Assembly: GCF_040938485.1 (NCBI RefSeq)
Contig: NW_027270981.1
Location: 992,001 to 1,056,000, forward strand
Origin: Diadema antillarum
Lineage: Eukaryota
Direction of reading: 5' to 3'
Length of the DNA stretch: 64,000 nucleotides
Shown here: piece by piece, positions 1 through 11,438 of the stretch
Layout of the letters: each line of letters begins with the position of its first letter
Numbering within the stretch: the first letter of the stretch is position 1
Notes under the pieces: generated by a model
Databases searched by the model: none
Told to the model about the DNA's origin: nothing
Seen by the model: only the letters and a program-made list of their open reading frames with translations
Made by a program: the position numbers and the translations under genes

Positions 1-48
1 CTGCGTGTCACAAACATGAGCGACGGCACGTGTGTCACTACTAGCCAG
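1..48 (+). CDS. WDR49: WD40-repeat protein (WDR49/CFAP337-like), partial exon cut by window start
   Basis: Frame 1 reads LRVTNMSDGTCVTTSQ followed by donor GTGAGC at 49; joins in phase 0 to the 443 exon, giving TTSQ-DGTIAFW. Confidence 0.7.
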
Positions 49-442
49 GTGAGCTGATTGTTTGACTTGCACGGCAAGGCAATCAGCATACAGAGGTGTT
101 TGATTGGTTATGATTCCTTTTGAATAGGTTATTTGATATTCCATGATTTGTAAGTCTTAAGATGCCCCATTTATGTAATATAGATGCAGTCCCTGTCATT
201 GCACATCTTTGATTTATTCTGTTTCATCACTCGTTGTGGTCCAACTATCCAGTCATACCTGTGGCATACCATTATTAGTAGCATCCAAGGAATCCTAGAC
301 GAGGAATTCTCTTACTGTGTATTTGTCTGTTTTCTGTCCCATTTTGTAATTTTATGATAATGATATCTTGTATATCGCTAATTCTTTTTTATATCGTATG
401 TATATTTTGTTGCTTTATTGTTCCATCAAATCATTTCTGCAG

Positions 443-502
443 GATGGCACAATAGCCTTCTGGAGTGGCAACATGGAACTGAAAAGATGGAAGTCTGTCA
501 TG
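443..502 (+). CDS. WDR49: WDR49-like exon
   Basis: Acceptor ttctgcag, 60 nt DGTIAFWSGNMELKRWKSVM, donor GTAAGA. Confidence 0.8.
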
Positions 503-848
503 GTAAGAAACCAAATGTCATTATGACTGATGAGATATTACACCTGTGCGTATCACATGCTTTTGCATGACAGAAGGTTCCTCCTGAAAGCAGATAAAAT
601 CAAATCTGTCATTGCAGCCAGTTGAGTAACATGACCATTAATATAACAGCCTCAAAAACTCACTCACTAGTTCTCATTGGATGCATGGGGACATGTGTCT
701 GGTAAAGACAGTGGCCATTTGATTGTAATACCGTGATAATGATATGACCAGGATAAGTGCTGCTACAGTTCGTGCAATGAATGAACATATTCACAAATGC
801 ACTCAGACTGATGAAAGCAATCCTCCTATTCTTACTTTCTAATGAATA

Positions 849-1124
849 CTGTAAAAGCAGAAAATTTCAGGCAGTTAATTTTTTACCTCTCAGCCAGGTA
901 AGATGGATTTTGCATGCTTATGATTTTTTGGGCAGTCACAACAAATGAGTAATCGCTTCAAACAGATCATGGCTGCCACAGTGGTTTAGAGCTTTGGCAG
1001 CATGTAATTTGGTAAAAGGTAACTGGTGTACATTATAAATTTACTTGTCCTCATTTTTGCACTGGTTTCATGTCGTGCAGAATGCTCTTGAACTCCCATG
1101 ATGGGAAAATGTCCACTTTTACAG
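849..1124. mobile_element. Degenerate Tc1/mariner-type MITE
   Basis: TA|CTGTAAAAG...CTTTTACAG|TG; same terminal family as 52107-52317. Confidence 0.4.
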
Positions 1125-1417
1125 TGTCTGCATGTACATGGAATCCAATTTTGTGCAATTTACACAAACATACATCCATGTTTAATGTACCAGGTAGTTT
1201 GAATAGCCAATGCAATATGTTTTGTAATTCTAAAAATGTTATCCTGATAAGTTTAGTGGTGCAGACATATAACACTGACATATGAATGTCTACAGTTGTT
1301 TTTGTTTGTTTGGTTTTGTTTGTTGTCATTTTTTTTTTTAACAGTAGCTGCAGTTACGAATGTCAGTAAACCATTTCATCTGTCTTTGATTTTTCTTGGA
1401 ATCATCATGTAATCTAG

Positions 1418-1506
1418 GTTGATCAAAACACAACAAGGCAGAAACCAAAGTGGGTGACAGATTTTGTGATGATGACTCAATTCAACAAAATCATTTTAGG
1501 CACCGG
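1418..1506 (+). CDS. WDR49: WDR49-like exon
   Basis: Acceptor tctag, VDQNTTRQKPKWVTDFVMMTQFNKIILGT+GG, donor GTGAGT; its phase 2 matches the next exon. Confidence 0.85.
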
Positions 1507-2227
1507 GTGAGTAAAACTGCTTCATTTGAGTGTCATTTGTTCTGCTCTCTTGACTCTCGTAATATGTGTTTTATTCAGTCTGATGAGTAGAAACCAATTA
1601 TTCAGCATGTTTTTAGGTACATTGTTCTCTTTTTTTTTCATCCCTTGATTCGAATGTAAGGAAAGGCGACACAACATTTGCTCCTGTGACAATTGCTCCA
1701 GTCTTATTTTCTTCAAGGACTTAGGGTTATGGTTAGGGTTGTAATAGGGTTTTAGGTTTACTTTAATATGAGGACTAGGATCAGGGTTAGGGTTATGTTT
1801 GTGGGTAGAATTTATGTTTGGCGTAGCATGCAGATATTTCATAGGAGCAATTGTTGCAAGAGCAAATGCCATGGAACCGCAAGGAAATTATCAAATCACT
1901 CAGAAAGTGTCATTAAAAGGTGCATTGTCTTTTTGACCAAGGTTTTATTTAATAAACACTTTTATTTTCAGACAAATTTGAAATATTTAAAAGGTGTAGT
2001 CTTTCCAGGTCTACCTGAAGGCATTCTCATTCAGTCTTGCTTTTGCATAGATTCAAACTCTTGTCAATGCCTCTGGTATGATTTTATATGAACTGTGTTT
2101 ATGGGTATATAGTTTATCACTGTGCCTCCAGCATTACATAAGTTTGTGCATCACATAATTTTTTCCATTGTTCCTTTCATCATAACCAAAAGCTGTTTGT
2201 GTTGTGCATAATTCTCTTGCCATGCAG

Positions 2228-2320
2228 AGACCGGGAAATTCAATTCTATGAATTATCAACATTCGAGCCCTACTGCCAAGTGACTGGTCTGGAGACTACA
2301 CCCTTGAAACTGACTTACTG
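2228..2320 (+). CDS. WDR49: WDR49-like exon
   Basis: Acceptor catgcag, A+DREIQFYELSTFEPYCQVTGLETTPLKLTY+TG, donor GTGAGG. Confidence 0.85.
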
Positions 2321-3239
2321 GTGAGGTTTCGTACAAATTACTTTGCCTGATATTGCAGATTTGCTAAATATGTTTGATTTTGTAGGAGACGAAAATGTAA
2401 AAAAAAAGTCTTCCTGTTTCAGGACTCGGTATTGTCTGTTCAAATACATGTATCACAATAGTATCACCCTGACAGCTCTTTGGGACCTCTCTGATTATGA
2501 CATGTAAATGTTGTCATTTCATCAATTTCATCCAATGTTTTGTCAGATATTTTTTTCTAACTTTTTTAAGCTACTGATATCCTTGCATCTGATTGGTCAA
2601 GAGCAAATTTGTCAATGATTCACACGTTTGATTTCTTTTGATCTGATTTGGTCAGTTGTGTCTTAAAGTAGTAAGAAAGTTATTTTGAAGATGTGGTGAA
2701 AAGCATAATGAAGCTGACAATCTGATAATCAGTTTTTATACTTGAATGATCTCACCAGCTGCTTGTCTTTTGAAATCTTCATGTTTTATATTCTTTAGCT
2801 CAAAAGTTATTTGCATTTATTTCAGTACTCATCAAATGGCAAGTTGCTTTATCTTAGAGTGCTGCAAAGGATAAAATAATTTAAGTGACTCGTTCTCTGC
2901 TTCCATTAAGTATCTTATATAGAATATTTTCACCCAATTTAAGGGACATAGACCATGTGAGTGACTCCTTTTCCCAGTAAATTTAGTTTTGCAACAAGTT
3001 ATTTTCTCATTCTTGTATAATGGTCATTTTGTCACACTGGTATTTTTGCACATTTTGTTAATATTTAATGTTACAATAGACTACTCTGTCACATCATTCT
3101 GACCATTATAGAATGAAGGAGCAATTGTATAGAGTGTGAGTTTTTAGGTATGTTTTATTCATGGTATAAAGTAAATCATTTGATTGTGCCAACTACAAAT
3201 ATGTTTTCCCCTATACACTGTGTTGCATTCATTTGGCAG

Positions 3240-3332
3240 TGCTACTGGTTTTGATGAGTGCTTTCTGATGTATGGTGATAGTGATGGCTGTATCAACATT
3301 ATCATCATCAATGGAGTTGGAGAAACCCTAAG
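3240..3332 (+). CDS. WDR49: WDR49-like exon
   Basis: Acceptor ttggcag, T+ATGFDECFLMYGDSDGCINIIIINGVGETL+AG, donor GTATGG. Confidence 0.85.
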
Positions 3333-3949
3333 GTATGGTTGTAGTATGGTGATATTGTCACATGCAGAAAGTGGGGAGGGGGTAGGTGAAGTTCATAAAG
3401 TTGTATGTTCAAAGAATCTGAAGTAGAGATAGGGAGTGCCACATGATTACATTTTTATTCATATACAAGAGCTGCGGTTGGCAGGGATTTCCTGTTTCTA
3501 TTATAACTACATTTGTTCAGTGTATTGTAAAGATGCACGTGTTATGTAGGGTACAATAAGTTTATGTTTCTGCAAAGTATGTTGTACTGCAAACCAGAAC
3601 TACAGACAGGGGTACTACACATACACATGCAGGAGTGGACATGCACACGCACACACCTGCAAACACTTAAAACACATAGATGATATTACTGATGTGCACG
3701 TCATACTGATGGAGACATTTCTTTACTATCAGACAGAAGAGCACCATCTTTACAATGCAAAGAACATGATTTTTATGAGAATGGCATTCTCTTTGCCCTC
3801 TTGCTTGTATTCCAACTGTATAAATTGACTTTACTTTTCAGAATGAAATTATCACATAATGGCTCATAATTTTTTAATGCTAAAGGGGTTGATTGATATA
3901 GCTGGGCCATGCTGTTCATGTTGTGTTTCCCCTATCTCTTGTGTATCAG

Positions 3950-4137
3950 AACCTGGAAGAAAATGCCCAAGACTGATGGCATCGCCAGCGTCACCCTGGA
4001 GAAGGTCGCCCACTCGCCCCTGACCCAGTTTGTGCGCTGGAAGGTCCACGAAGACTGGGTCGGTGATCTCAAGTACTATGATGACATCCGCTCCATCATC
4101 TCGTGTTCCAACCATGAGAGCACTGCGCTAGTCATCG
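3950..4137 (+). CDS. WDR49: WDR49-like exon
   Basis: Acceptor gtatcag, A+TWKKMPKTDGIASVTLEKVAHSPLTQFVRWKVHEDWVGDLKYYDDIRSIISCSNHESTALVI+G, donor GTGGGT; GC-rich coding-like composition. Confidence 0.85.
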
Positions 4138-4155
4138 GTGGGTGTTACTGACCTC

Positions 4156-4158
<3 letters not shown>

Positions 4159-4188
<30 letters not shown>

Positions 4189-4200
4189 TTGTGTGTGTGC
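4159..4200. repeat. (GT)n microsatellite
   Basis: Seen directly. Confidence 0.9.
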
Positions 4201-4369
4201 TTGCTGATGCAAAGTGTATTTTGACACAATGATGAGTCTGAAGGTGGATCATGGTCAACATTGGACATTTGTGTACCCATGGTAGCATAGGCGTACCCAG
4301 GATTTTTTAGAGGGGGGTGTTCAGTGGCGTACCGTGGGTCAAGACATGGGGGGGGGCACCTCATGGAAG

Positions 4370-4484
4370 CAACGTCAGAATTGCATAACTGTACAATTAA
4401 ATGCGAGCGAGCGGAGAGAGTGAGCTTGAAAATTTTGACATTTTACAGTCCCCAAACTGCCGTTTGTAGCTATACATAATAACA

Positions 4485-4540
<56 letters not shown>

Positions 4541-5400
4541 CTTTGGAAATTAAGGGGGTTGCACTGGGTGCAACTGCTGGCAGTTGCTGGCAGTAACATC
4601 AGGAGTATGGCATAACGATTAAATGCGAGCGAGCGAAGCGAGCGAGCTTGAAAATTTTGACATTTTGCAGTCCCCTAACTGCCGTTTGTAGCTATATTTT
4701 TTCGCTTTAGTAATTAAGGGGAGGGGGCGCACCGGGCGCAACTGCTGGCAATTAATGACAGCAACATCAGGAGAATCGCATAACGATTAAATGCTAGCGA
4801 GCGAAGCGAGCGAGCTTGAAAATTTTGACATTTTACAGTCCCAAAACTGCCGTTTGTAGCTATATTTTTTCACTTTGGAAATCAAGGAAAGGGGGCGCAC
4901 CGGACGCAACTGCTGGCAATTACTGACAGCAACATCAGGAGAATTGCATAACGATTAAATGCGAGCGAGCGAAGCGAGCGAGCTTGAAAATTTTGACATT
5001 TTACAGTCCCAAAACTGCCGTTTGTAGCTATATTTTTTCACTTTGGAAATCAAGGAAAGGGGGCGCACCGGACGCAACTGCTGGCAATTACTGACAGCAA
5101 CATCAGGAGAATTGCATAACGATTAAATGCGAGCGAGCGAAGCGAGCGAGCTTGAAAATTTTGACATTTTACAGTCCCAAAACTGCCGTTTTGTAGCTAT
5201 ATTTTTTCGCTTTGGAAATTCGGGAGGGGGGGGGTGGCGCATCGGGCGCAACTGCTGCTGGCAATTACTGGCAGTAACATCAGGAGAATGGCATAACGAT
5301 TAAATGCGAGCGAGCGAAGCTAGCGAGCTTGAAAATTTTGACATTTTACCGTCCAAAAACTGTCGTTTGTAGCTACATGTATATATTTCTTTTTCGCATT
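4370..5400. repeat. ~168-bp tandem array, 6 units, with (TA)n in unit 1
   Basis: CATAAC anchor at 4384, 4611, 4779, 4947, 5115, 5292; each unit has a GCGAGCGAGCG core. Confidence 0.92.
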
Positions 5401-6074
5401 GGAGGGAGGGGGCGCCCGGTGCGCCCCCTGGATCCGCCACTGGTAGTCAAGGGTGTCGGTTTATGTTCATGATTGGGGGAGGTATGACCAGCGAGGGGGC
5501 GTCGAAGTGACCAAGCGGGAGAAGGATGTCCAAAACCTGCACTTTATATAGATCATCCCCTAATTTGTTTGTGTTTGTGAGTGTGTGTGTTTCAAATAGA
5601 TGGAAAAGTTAGGATATAGCCAAGGTCAAGTCTTACTATTGGCAATGCAAGGCATTTTAATATAGACTAGTATGTAAAGCAACACTGCAAAATCAATGAT
5701 CAAGCTTTGATAGCAAATGTGTACAACCTATCAAACATCACATTGCGCAACATTGCAGCGACTCTTTTTGCTATTCCGATATTCTGAGTACACTGCGCTC
5801 ATCCTGCATGCTTTTATTCAAAATGCCAACCAGGAATCACGCTGAATCACAATCTTTTGTCGTCTCCGGGCTTTTTGAACAATGTTATACCCCTCTTTAA
5901 TTATATGGTTAAAAGAAATCTTAGAAAAATATCTTTTTTTCTTGATCATCCTTTCATGTCGATTTCAAAAGCAGTTTACTAACCCTTGAATTACCATTTT
6001 CGTAGTTTTTGTTTTCTTTTTGTTTTCTTTTTTTTTTTACCAGCGGATGTGGGGGCACGTGCCCCCCACACTGT

Positions 6075-7334
6075 CAGTGGCGTATCTAGGGAAAACGGCG
6101 CCCGGGGCAAGCACGAAAATTGCGTCCCTAATTTCTGAAAAAGTGTTCAACCCCAACCCCATCCCGGTAGGCACTTTAAAGAAGTCCTCATGATATGCTT
6201 TTTGAAGCACTTAAGAGGGGTCTTTTGAGGGTGATTTAAATGTAATAGGCAACCCTTAATTTTGATATATTTTGGCGAGCGAGCGCAGCGAGCGAGCCGA
6301 AAATTTTTATATTTCAGCTTTATACATAACATGGAATTCTTGTCATTTTTGGTTATTAAATCTTCGAATTACAATTCTAATCAATATATAGTGACGGCCT
6401 TATAGATAACGATTTATACCAACAGTGTCCAACCCCATCCCGGTAGGGAATTTAAAAAAGTCCACATGATATGCTTTTTCAAGCACTTAGAAGGGGTCTT
6501 TTGAGGGTGATTTAATGTAATACATATTGAAGAAATTTGGCGAGCGAGTGCAGCGAGCGAGCCGAAAATTTTTGTATTTCAGCTTACAAAACATGGAATT
6601 CTTGTCATTTTTGGTTATTAAATCTTCGAATGACAATTCTAATCAAGATATAGTGACGGTCTTATAGATAACGATTTATACCAACAGTGTTCAACCCCAA
6701 TCCCATCCTGGTAGGGACTTAAAAAAAGTCCACTTGATATGCTTTTTCGAGCACTTAAAAGGGTTTTTTTTGAGGGTGATATAAAATCTGATTAATTTTG
6801 ATAAATTTTGGCGAGCGAGCGTAGCGAGCGAGCCGACAATTTTTGTATTTCACCTTAAGAAACATGGAATTCTTGTCATTTTTTGGTTATTAAATCTTAC
6901 AATTCTAATCAAGATATAGTGACGGCTTCATAGATAACGATTTATGCCAACAAACTAAGGACTTGGAAAAATACTCTAAATTACTACGAGTGAGTGAGCC
7001 GAAATTTTTATATTTCCACGTCATCATTACGTTTGGTTCTTCTTCTTATTTTTTTTTGTTGATAAATCTTGGCGAGCGGGCGCAGCGAGCGAGCCGAAAA
7101 TTTTTATATTTCAGTGTTACAAAACATGGAATTCATGTTTTGTTTTTATCTTGTTTGAGTTGGTTTCTGCTCCCCCCCCCCATTCTCCTTCCCCCGTCCG
7201 GGCGAGGTTTTTTTTTTTTCTTCTTCTTTTTCTTCTTTTTCTTCGTCGGTTTTTGTTTTTCTTCTTCTTCTTCTTTTTCTCGTTTTTTTTTTTTCACATG
7301 CCCCTCTTGCCCCCACCCCCCAGATATGCCACTG
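6075..7334. mobile_element. Nested hAT-like element containing a ~270-280-bp tandem array
   Basis: TIRs CAGTGGCGTATCTA / CAGATATGCCACTG; units start near 6147, 6428, 6690, plus partial copies; no TSD seen. Confidence 0.65.
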
Positions 7335-7668
7335 TTGGTAGTTGATACTACTAACTTAGCATGCAATGTGCCTATAATAGGCTGCAGCGCAGCATGCAAT
7401 GTACACACATAATATTATGCATCATACACAATTTACGGTATACCGCGTACGGTATAATACCGGTAAACGGTGAACATTATGCGCAATGTATCTTCGCGAT
7501 TCGGTCAGAAAGCAAAGCAGGGATCGGGAATGTCTACTGTTTGCGCGTCAGCTTCGCGCGCGGTGCAGTGTATTAACACGTACTGTACACGAGTTCTTTA
7601 GTGCGTATAATGTTATGTAACTCCATAATGTATCATCATCCACACAAACATTAAGATAAAACAAGGAA

Positions 7669-7672
<4 letters not shown>

Positions 7673-7713
<41 letters not shown>
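7673..7713. repeat. (GA)n microsatellite
   Basis: Seen directly. Confidence 0.95.
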
Positions 7714-7717
<4 letters not shown>

Positions 7718-8794
7718 TGAATGCAAAAGAAAGGAAAGGCGGAATTCAAAACGGAAATAAAAGCGGTAAAGACAGCTTTTGTTTCAATTGTCAACATCTA
7801 AACATTGCTGAAGAGGGGTGTTGAATAGCTCAAACACCTCCCTTTTGCCCAAGGGAGGTGTTTGAACACCTCAAACACCCCCATTTTGGCAAAGGGGGGT
7901 GTTTGAACACCCAAAACACCCCCCCTCGGTACGCCCTTGCATGGTAGTTGCAGTTAGGTTAACTGGTTTTTGGTATGTTGATCATGTGGCGAACTGTGAG
8001 GCATCTAGATATACACTCCAACCTCATTGCATGATACTCTTCCCTCTGCTGTTATCTATTCAGTTATCAAGGATATACCATCTTTTGTAATTCAAATGTT
8101 TTTAGTATATCCCCCCACCATTCCAAAGTTTAATTCTGATGTTGTATCTGTTAAAGTGGCTGTACTCAGTTATGCCAGTACACACATCAGCATGTATACA
8201 AACACTCATACTGATTCAGCATGCATACATGAGCAAATACATGTGGCGTAGCTTATATGGCTTTACATGAAAAGGATTATGATATTGCTGAGATTTTTGT
8301 AGAGCATATACATGTAAATTGTTTAATCAGAAGGATTATTATCTTTCCATTCCTTTACTTCTTGATGGATCTTTAGACCTGTGCCAGACTGAATAATCTC
8401 AAACCACATCCATTAGATGAACTCATGTGAAATATATCTCTGAAGCACCATAATTGATAAAAGAATCTCCGAACACTTATCACTCTCACAAAACATATGA
8501 ATTACAAGAAACATTCGGAGAGCAAGCTGTGTAGGTAAGAGATTTGTTTACTATTTATTTGCATACTTGATAGTTAATAGTATTTGCTTATTGAACAATC
8601 ACCTCATAGTAGGCACATAAAATGAAATTCTCTTAGCTACATTCAGTGTGCAATACTTTGATTCAGCAAGCATATGTCATAGGAAGATACATCAGACAGT
8701 TATCATTACATAACTGATATACAAATAATTTTTGCAAATTTTACATGTGTGCGAAGCATGGAGAAGAAAAACCTATCCAAAAATGACAATATAC

Positions 8795-8826
8795 AAACAA
8801 ACAAACAAACAAACAAACAAACAAAC
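8795..8826. repeat. (CAAA)n microsatellite
   Basis: Seen directly. Confidence 0.9.
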
Positions 8827-8898
8827 ATATGTATGTGCATTGTCGCATGTCAATGCTGGTTATAGTTCATAACATAGTGTTCCTCCCTCATGTGCAAG

Positions 8899-9154
8899 GT
8901 TGTACCATTGGAAGCACCCACGTGGAGTCTCAGCTGTGTGGAAAGGAGCATGCGCCACGCCCCACCACGGCCGACCGGCGTGCCAAGCTCAGTCAGATGC
9001 ACTACAGCCATGCCCGGAAACGGCTCGAAAATGACGAGACTGTCTTCAAGATCCACAAGGGGGTCAAGACGTTTGACTTCTGCAAGGAGAAGAATCTCAT
9101 AGCCACAGGAGGGATGGACAGAATATTGCGACTGTACAACCCCTACGTTCCGAG
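8899..9154 (+). CDS. WDR49: WDR49-like exon (last one visible in window)
   Basis: Acceptor gtgcaag, phase 1 matches the previous exon; ...DETVFKIHKGVKTFDFCKEKNLIATGGMDRILRLYNPYVP+AG is a WD40 repeat; donor GTATAG at 9155, no stop. Family assignment is from recalled motifs and needs BLAST confirmation. Confidence 0.85.
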
Positions 9155-10079
9155 GTATAGTATAAATACAGTATACAGTATAAATTTATAGAACATATCA
9201 TATATAATCATTCCTTTGCCTCATGCTTTCCATTAGTGGACTAATAAAAAGGTGTCTAACTGGTCTTATTTAGTCCTCCAATGGCTGTAGACCATGCTAA
9301 GGCACTGAATTTACAATATTGTACTTCTAATCAATTACAGTAAAAGAGAGAAGGTGTTGTCTGTAAGACTGCCACTTTTAACTACTCCCTATATTATGTA
9401 CATACATGTCAATCCATCACAATAAAACAAATTTCCCTGCCTGTGGGATGTTTTTTTGGTCAACCCAAAATTGGTTGTGAAAGATTCATACCATCAAATG
9501 AACCAATTGTTATGGCGAGAAGAAGAGAGAAGCAGTTATATAGACTCTACATCAAAAGAGTGATACGAGGAAGCTAATGTATAGAAGACATGTATAGAAG
9601 ACTGTGTGCTTTCTATTAAAATATCTTGTGTTGCATCTTATCAAATTAGTGAATAATGCTGCAATCAGTGGCTTATTTGGGCAATCTAAAGGACACCTTT
9701 TACATGCCAGTCATAAGGATACTTGGTAAGCCTACATGTATCTCGGCAATAACTTAGATATAGGATTATATTGTAAGACTGTCATTTGATCAAAATCTGT
9801 GAAATCAAATTTTAGAGCCATGCATAGGGCAAGTGACATGAAACAGCATGGAGATACATTGTACTATGCACATCAAAACAAATTTCAGATCTTGACAAAA
9901 TCTAGCCTGTTGGTCTGTCGTCTACCAATGGTATGAAGGAACTCCAAACAGCCGATAATCAATTTTAACAACACAGTCATTATGTGGAATAACTAAATAA
10001 AAATGACAGGCATACTTAGAGGCAGATGATACACAAAACAAAGTATGACCCTCTGTGACAGACTTTCTGACACATACAT

Positions 10080-10390
10080 GAAGAGGGCGCTATTGACATT
10101 TTAGTTGCTCTCCATGTATATAAAAAGGAAAATTGTGCCAGAGCCACCTAAGGGAAAGATGCTTGATGTTCAAAGGTCAGAGACAAGAGTTTATTAAAGT
10201 GTTTTGTTGATGGATCTCACACAGTGAAGAAAAGGAAGTAACTGCTGTCAATCTATAAGTGATGAGGAAGTAGGAAGTAAAGTAACTGGTTGTCAGCAGA
10301 CCTTCATTTTGTAAAGACACAGTAGTGTTGGGCCAGTAGCATACATATATTTTGTACCTCAATTCACACAATAGGTGTGTCATTGTTTCT
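10080..10390. promoter_or_regulatory. Conserved non-coding ETS block (copy 1)
   Basis: Homologous to 19060-19380, 29590-29890, 53980-54290; AGGAAGT at 10233, 10265, 10272; CTCACAC at 10216. Function is inferred. Confidence 0.45.
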
Positions 10391-10844
10391 TATTTTGATT
10401 TTTTGCTAAGGGTAGTCAAAAATAATTCGAATTTCTATGGAATTGAAAAATGGCATAAAGCTTGTACATTCTTCAATGGAGCAAGTGATTATTCAGTTAG
10501 TACCTCCTACAATGATTCTCTGAGAACTGACAATGCCCCAAAGTTAGGTTTTTTTTGTTTTTTTTTTGCCACAGTACATGCAGTCAAGCAGAACATACGT
10601 GTATATCCCCTTTCCAAAGTCAATATAGCATATGCCATCAAACAATGCAAACAATCAGTTGGACATGAGATGTGAATAGAGTATGCAATGGACTGTATTA
10701 TCATGCATTATAAGGTGACTCGAATGTGGTCAGCAAAAGCCAACATCTAGTGAGCTAAGCATTGGTTACTACATACGTCTTTATACAAGTTTAACAAAAA
10801 AGAAGCGCACTTTTACATTGGAAAAGGTAAATTAGACAAAATTA

Positions 10845-11047
10845 CTGTATAAGCTGTAATTTTTGCGTACAGATATTTTTGCGAATGGGGAGGTCGCGAA
10901 CATTTTCGTGAGTTGTTGTTTTTGTGAATGGACACAGAGGCTATGGAAAGTGTACTGTTAACTAGTGCATGGTGATATTTTTGTATGGTGTCAAATTCGT
11001 GGTCCAACAGTGACTCACAAAATTTGCGAACATAACAACTTATACAG
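10845..11047. mobile_element. Tc1/mariner-type MITE
   Basis: TA|CTGTATAAG...CTTATACAG|TA with TA TSD. Confidence 0.7.
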
Positions 11048-11144
11048 TACACACAAATTGCCCTGCATCGATGGAAATAAGCACTGAATTGACCAGTGTT
11101 TTTAGTAGTAACCACAACAAAAGAAGTCCTGGGCATGCATACTC

Positions 11145-11210
11145 GGGCAGGATTCGAAACTATGACCTTCTGATCTCAATACAGGCATCTTATCCACTAG
11201 ACTACCGAGC
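11145..11210 (-). mobile_element. tRNA-derived repeat head (SINE-like)
   Basis: Minus strand GCTCGGTAGTCTAGTGG (A box)...GTTTCGAATCC (B box); acceptor-like pairing GCTCGG/CCGAGT, but the anticodon arm does not pair. Confidence 0.6.
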
Positions 11211-11438
11211 TTCCCCCGATAGCCAGTGCTAGTTCTAATCCTTGTATTTTGAAGCAGGTACTGCGTAATTATTCAAATTCATGAAATTCTTCCATCGAGT
11301 TCTTTTCATTGCAACTGATTCTGATTAAGAAATTGCCCTCGACTTACATACTCGGGCATTATTTCTTTTGTCATAGGTTTTCATGTCATATCAACACCAG
11401 AGTTGCTATGCAAATGTCAGTTAAAGGAAGTATATTCC

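Larger units (their letters stand above)
4286..7939. mobile_element. Composite non-autonomous hAT-like element with nested elements
   Basis: Imperfect TIRs CATAGGCGTACC / GGTACGCCCTTG; 8-bp TSD CATGGTAG at 4278-4285 and 7940-7947; internal CAGTGGCG...CGCCACTG-type ends at 4322, 5442, 6075, 7334. Confidence 0.75.

Noticed and set aside
4370-5400. 168-bp array as a CRISPR-like or coding repeat
   Set aside because: Units are near-identical along their length with no unique spacers; eukaryotic context; it lies inside a TIR element.
6963-7412. ORFs of 149, 91 and 64 aa (poly-Phe / poly-Lys)
   Set aside because: Translations of T-rich low-complexity transposon sequence.
8829-9191. 120-aa ORF as a standalone gene
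   Set aside because: Only 8899-9154 is coding (flanked by splice sites); the rest is intronic read-through.
11145-11210. Functional tRNA gene
   Set aside because: A and B boxes and an acceptor-like stem are present, but the anticodon arm does not pair; it is embedded in repeat-like flanks.
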